Of a DNA stretch of 64,000 bases, positions 62,815-64,000 are shown in pieces. The notes under the pieces were generated by a model. The model ran no database searches and was not told the origin of the DNA. It worked only from the letters and a program-made list of their open reading frames with translations. The translations under genes were made by a program, and so were the position numbers. The stretch's first letter is position 1; every line of letters starts with the position of its first letter. Origin of the DNA: an uncultured cyanobacterium (GTDB lineage: Bacteria; Cyanobacteriota; Cyanobacteriia; CAKZMO01); the NCBI GenBank assembly GCA_963719515.1, contig CAVRCJ010000010.1:448001-512000 (forward strand), written 5' to 3'.

Positions 62815-64000
62815 ATGCCTGACTCGCCTTCCCCCACTTCCCCCAGCGCCGCTAAAGACACCACCCATACGTCTAATAGCAGTGTGGCATCCGTCGAGTC
62901 AGACAGTCTTATCAGCGGTGCCAACAGCGACAGAGCCACGTCGTTCACGTCGCAGGATCCCACCGTTCCCTCCGCCAGCGTCCCCCGCGCTAAAGACGAC
63001 GTCATTCGCATTCGCGGCGCACGCCAACACAACCTCAAAAATGTTGATCTAGAGCTACCCCGCGATCGCCTCATCGTGTTTACGGGCGTCTCCGGCTCCG
63101 GCAAGTCTTCCCTCGCGTTCGACACCATTTTTGCTGAGGGCCAGCGCCGCTACGTGGAGTCTTTGAGCGCCTACGCCCGCCAGTTCTTGGGCCAGGTAGA
63201 TAAACCTGACGTAGATGCCATTGAGGGATTAAGCCCCGCCATTTCCATCGACCAAAAATCTACTTCCCACAATCCCCGCTCCACCGTAGGCACCGTCACC
63301 GAAATCTACGACTACCTGCGGCTGCTGTTTGGCCGCGCCGGAGAGCCCCACTGCCCCCATTGTGATCGCTCCATCGCCCCCCAAACCATTGATCAGATGT
63401 GCGATCGCCTTAAGGCACTCCCGCCCCGCACTCGCTTTCAGATTCTCGCGCCGGTGGTGCGAGGCAAAAAGGGCACCCACAAAAAGCTGCTGTCGAGCCT
63501 GGCAGCGGAGGGGTTCGCGCGGGTGCGCATCGGCGGCGAAGTGCGAGACCTATCAGATTCTATTGAGTTGGACAAAAACCACTCCCACGACATTGAGATT
63601 GTGGTAGACCGGCTCGTGCAAAAGGAAGGTATTCAGGAGCGGCTGGTAGATTCGCTCACCACTTGCCTAAAGCGGTCGGGGGGCATTGCCGTTGTAGATG
63701 TTGTCTCCTGGGGAGAGGGGGAGGCTGCGGCGGGGGTCGCCGAGGCGGAAAGCAACGGCAATACTGTCGTCTCCCTAGAGAGGCGACGGCTGCGGGCAGC
63801 AGAGGCGACGGTAGACTACGGCGAGGCAGCTCCGCGCACCCCCCAGCCCGAAAAAGAAATCGTCTTCTCCGAAAACTTTGCCTGCCCGGTCCATGGCGCA
63901 GTCATGGAAGAACTTTCCCCCCGCTTGTTTTCATTCAACTCTCCCTATGGAGCCTGTAGCCACTGCCACGGTCTGGGAGACCTGCGCACCTTTACGGCAG
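62815..64000 (+). CDS. uvrA: Excinuclease ABC subunit A (partial, runs off the window)
   Basis: [42 protein letters not shown]; open frame from ATG 62815. Confidence 0.96.
   Translation, partial: MPDSPSPTSPSAAKDTTHTSNSSVASVESDSLISGANSDRATSFTSQDPTVPSASVPRAKDDVIRIRGARQHNLKNVDLELPRDRLIVFTGVSGSGKSSLAFDTIFAEGQRRYVESLSAYARQFLGQVDKPDVDAIEGLSPAISIDQKSTSHNPRSTVGTVTEIYDYLRLLFGRAGEPHCPHCDRSIAPQTIDQMCDRLKALPPRTRFQILAPVVRGKKGTHKKLLSSLAAEGFARVRIGGEVRDLSDSIELDKNHSHDIEIVVDRLVQKEGIQERLVDSLTTCLKRSGGIAVVDVVSWGEGEAAAGVAEAESNGNTVVSLERRRLRAAEATVDYGEAAPRTPQPEKEIVFSENFACPVHGAVMEELSPRLFSFNSPYGACSHCHGLGDLRTFTA

Overview
High-GC cyanobacterial chromosome segment. The assignment rests on frequent HIP1 octamers (GCGATCGC), raf1, an nblR-like regulator and a PilB1-type pilB. 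Most of the window is core genes: iscS-rsgA-tusA-dnaJ-dnaK-grpE, pilB-pilT-pilC-mutY, tRNA-Ala(GGC), raf1, pyrB, modBC, nadK and a partial uvrA, plus signalling proteins and two convergent alpha-glucosidases. It carries a dense layer of mobile DNA. (i) A 189-bp MITE with a 10-bp target duplication splits an RTX/Ca-binding gene. (ii) A 219-bp palindromic MITE lies just downstream. (iii) A complete IS66-family element with an 8-bp TSD sits inside a decayed DUF3299-RcnA/NicO fusion gene. (iv) There are three tnpA-less IS200/IS605 (TnpB) elements; two carry an unannotated divergent 46-aa RHH-like ORF with operator-like repeats. (v) A ~385-bp protein-free element has IS200/IS605 ends enclosing a promoter-like motif and a densely paired ~250-nt RNA. 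This last element is the most unusual item and is a candidate stand-alone omegaRNA/guide cassette. No CRISPR array was seen. All assignments come from reading motifs by eye; no database searches were run.
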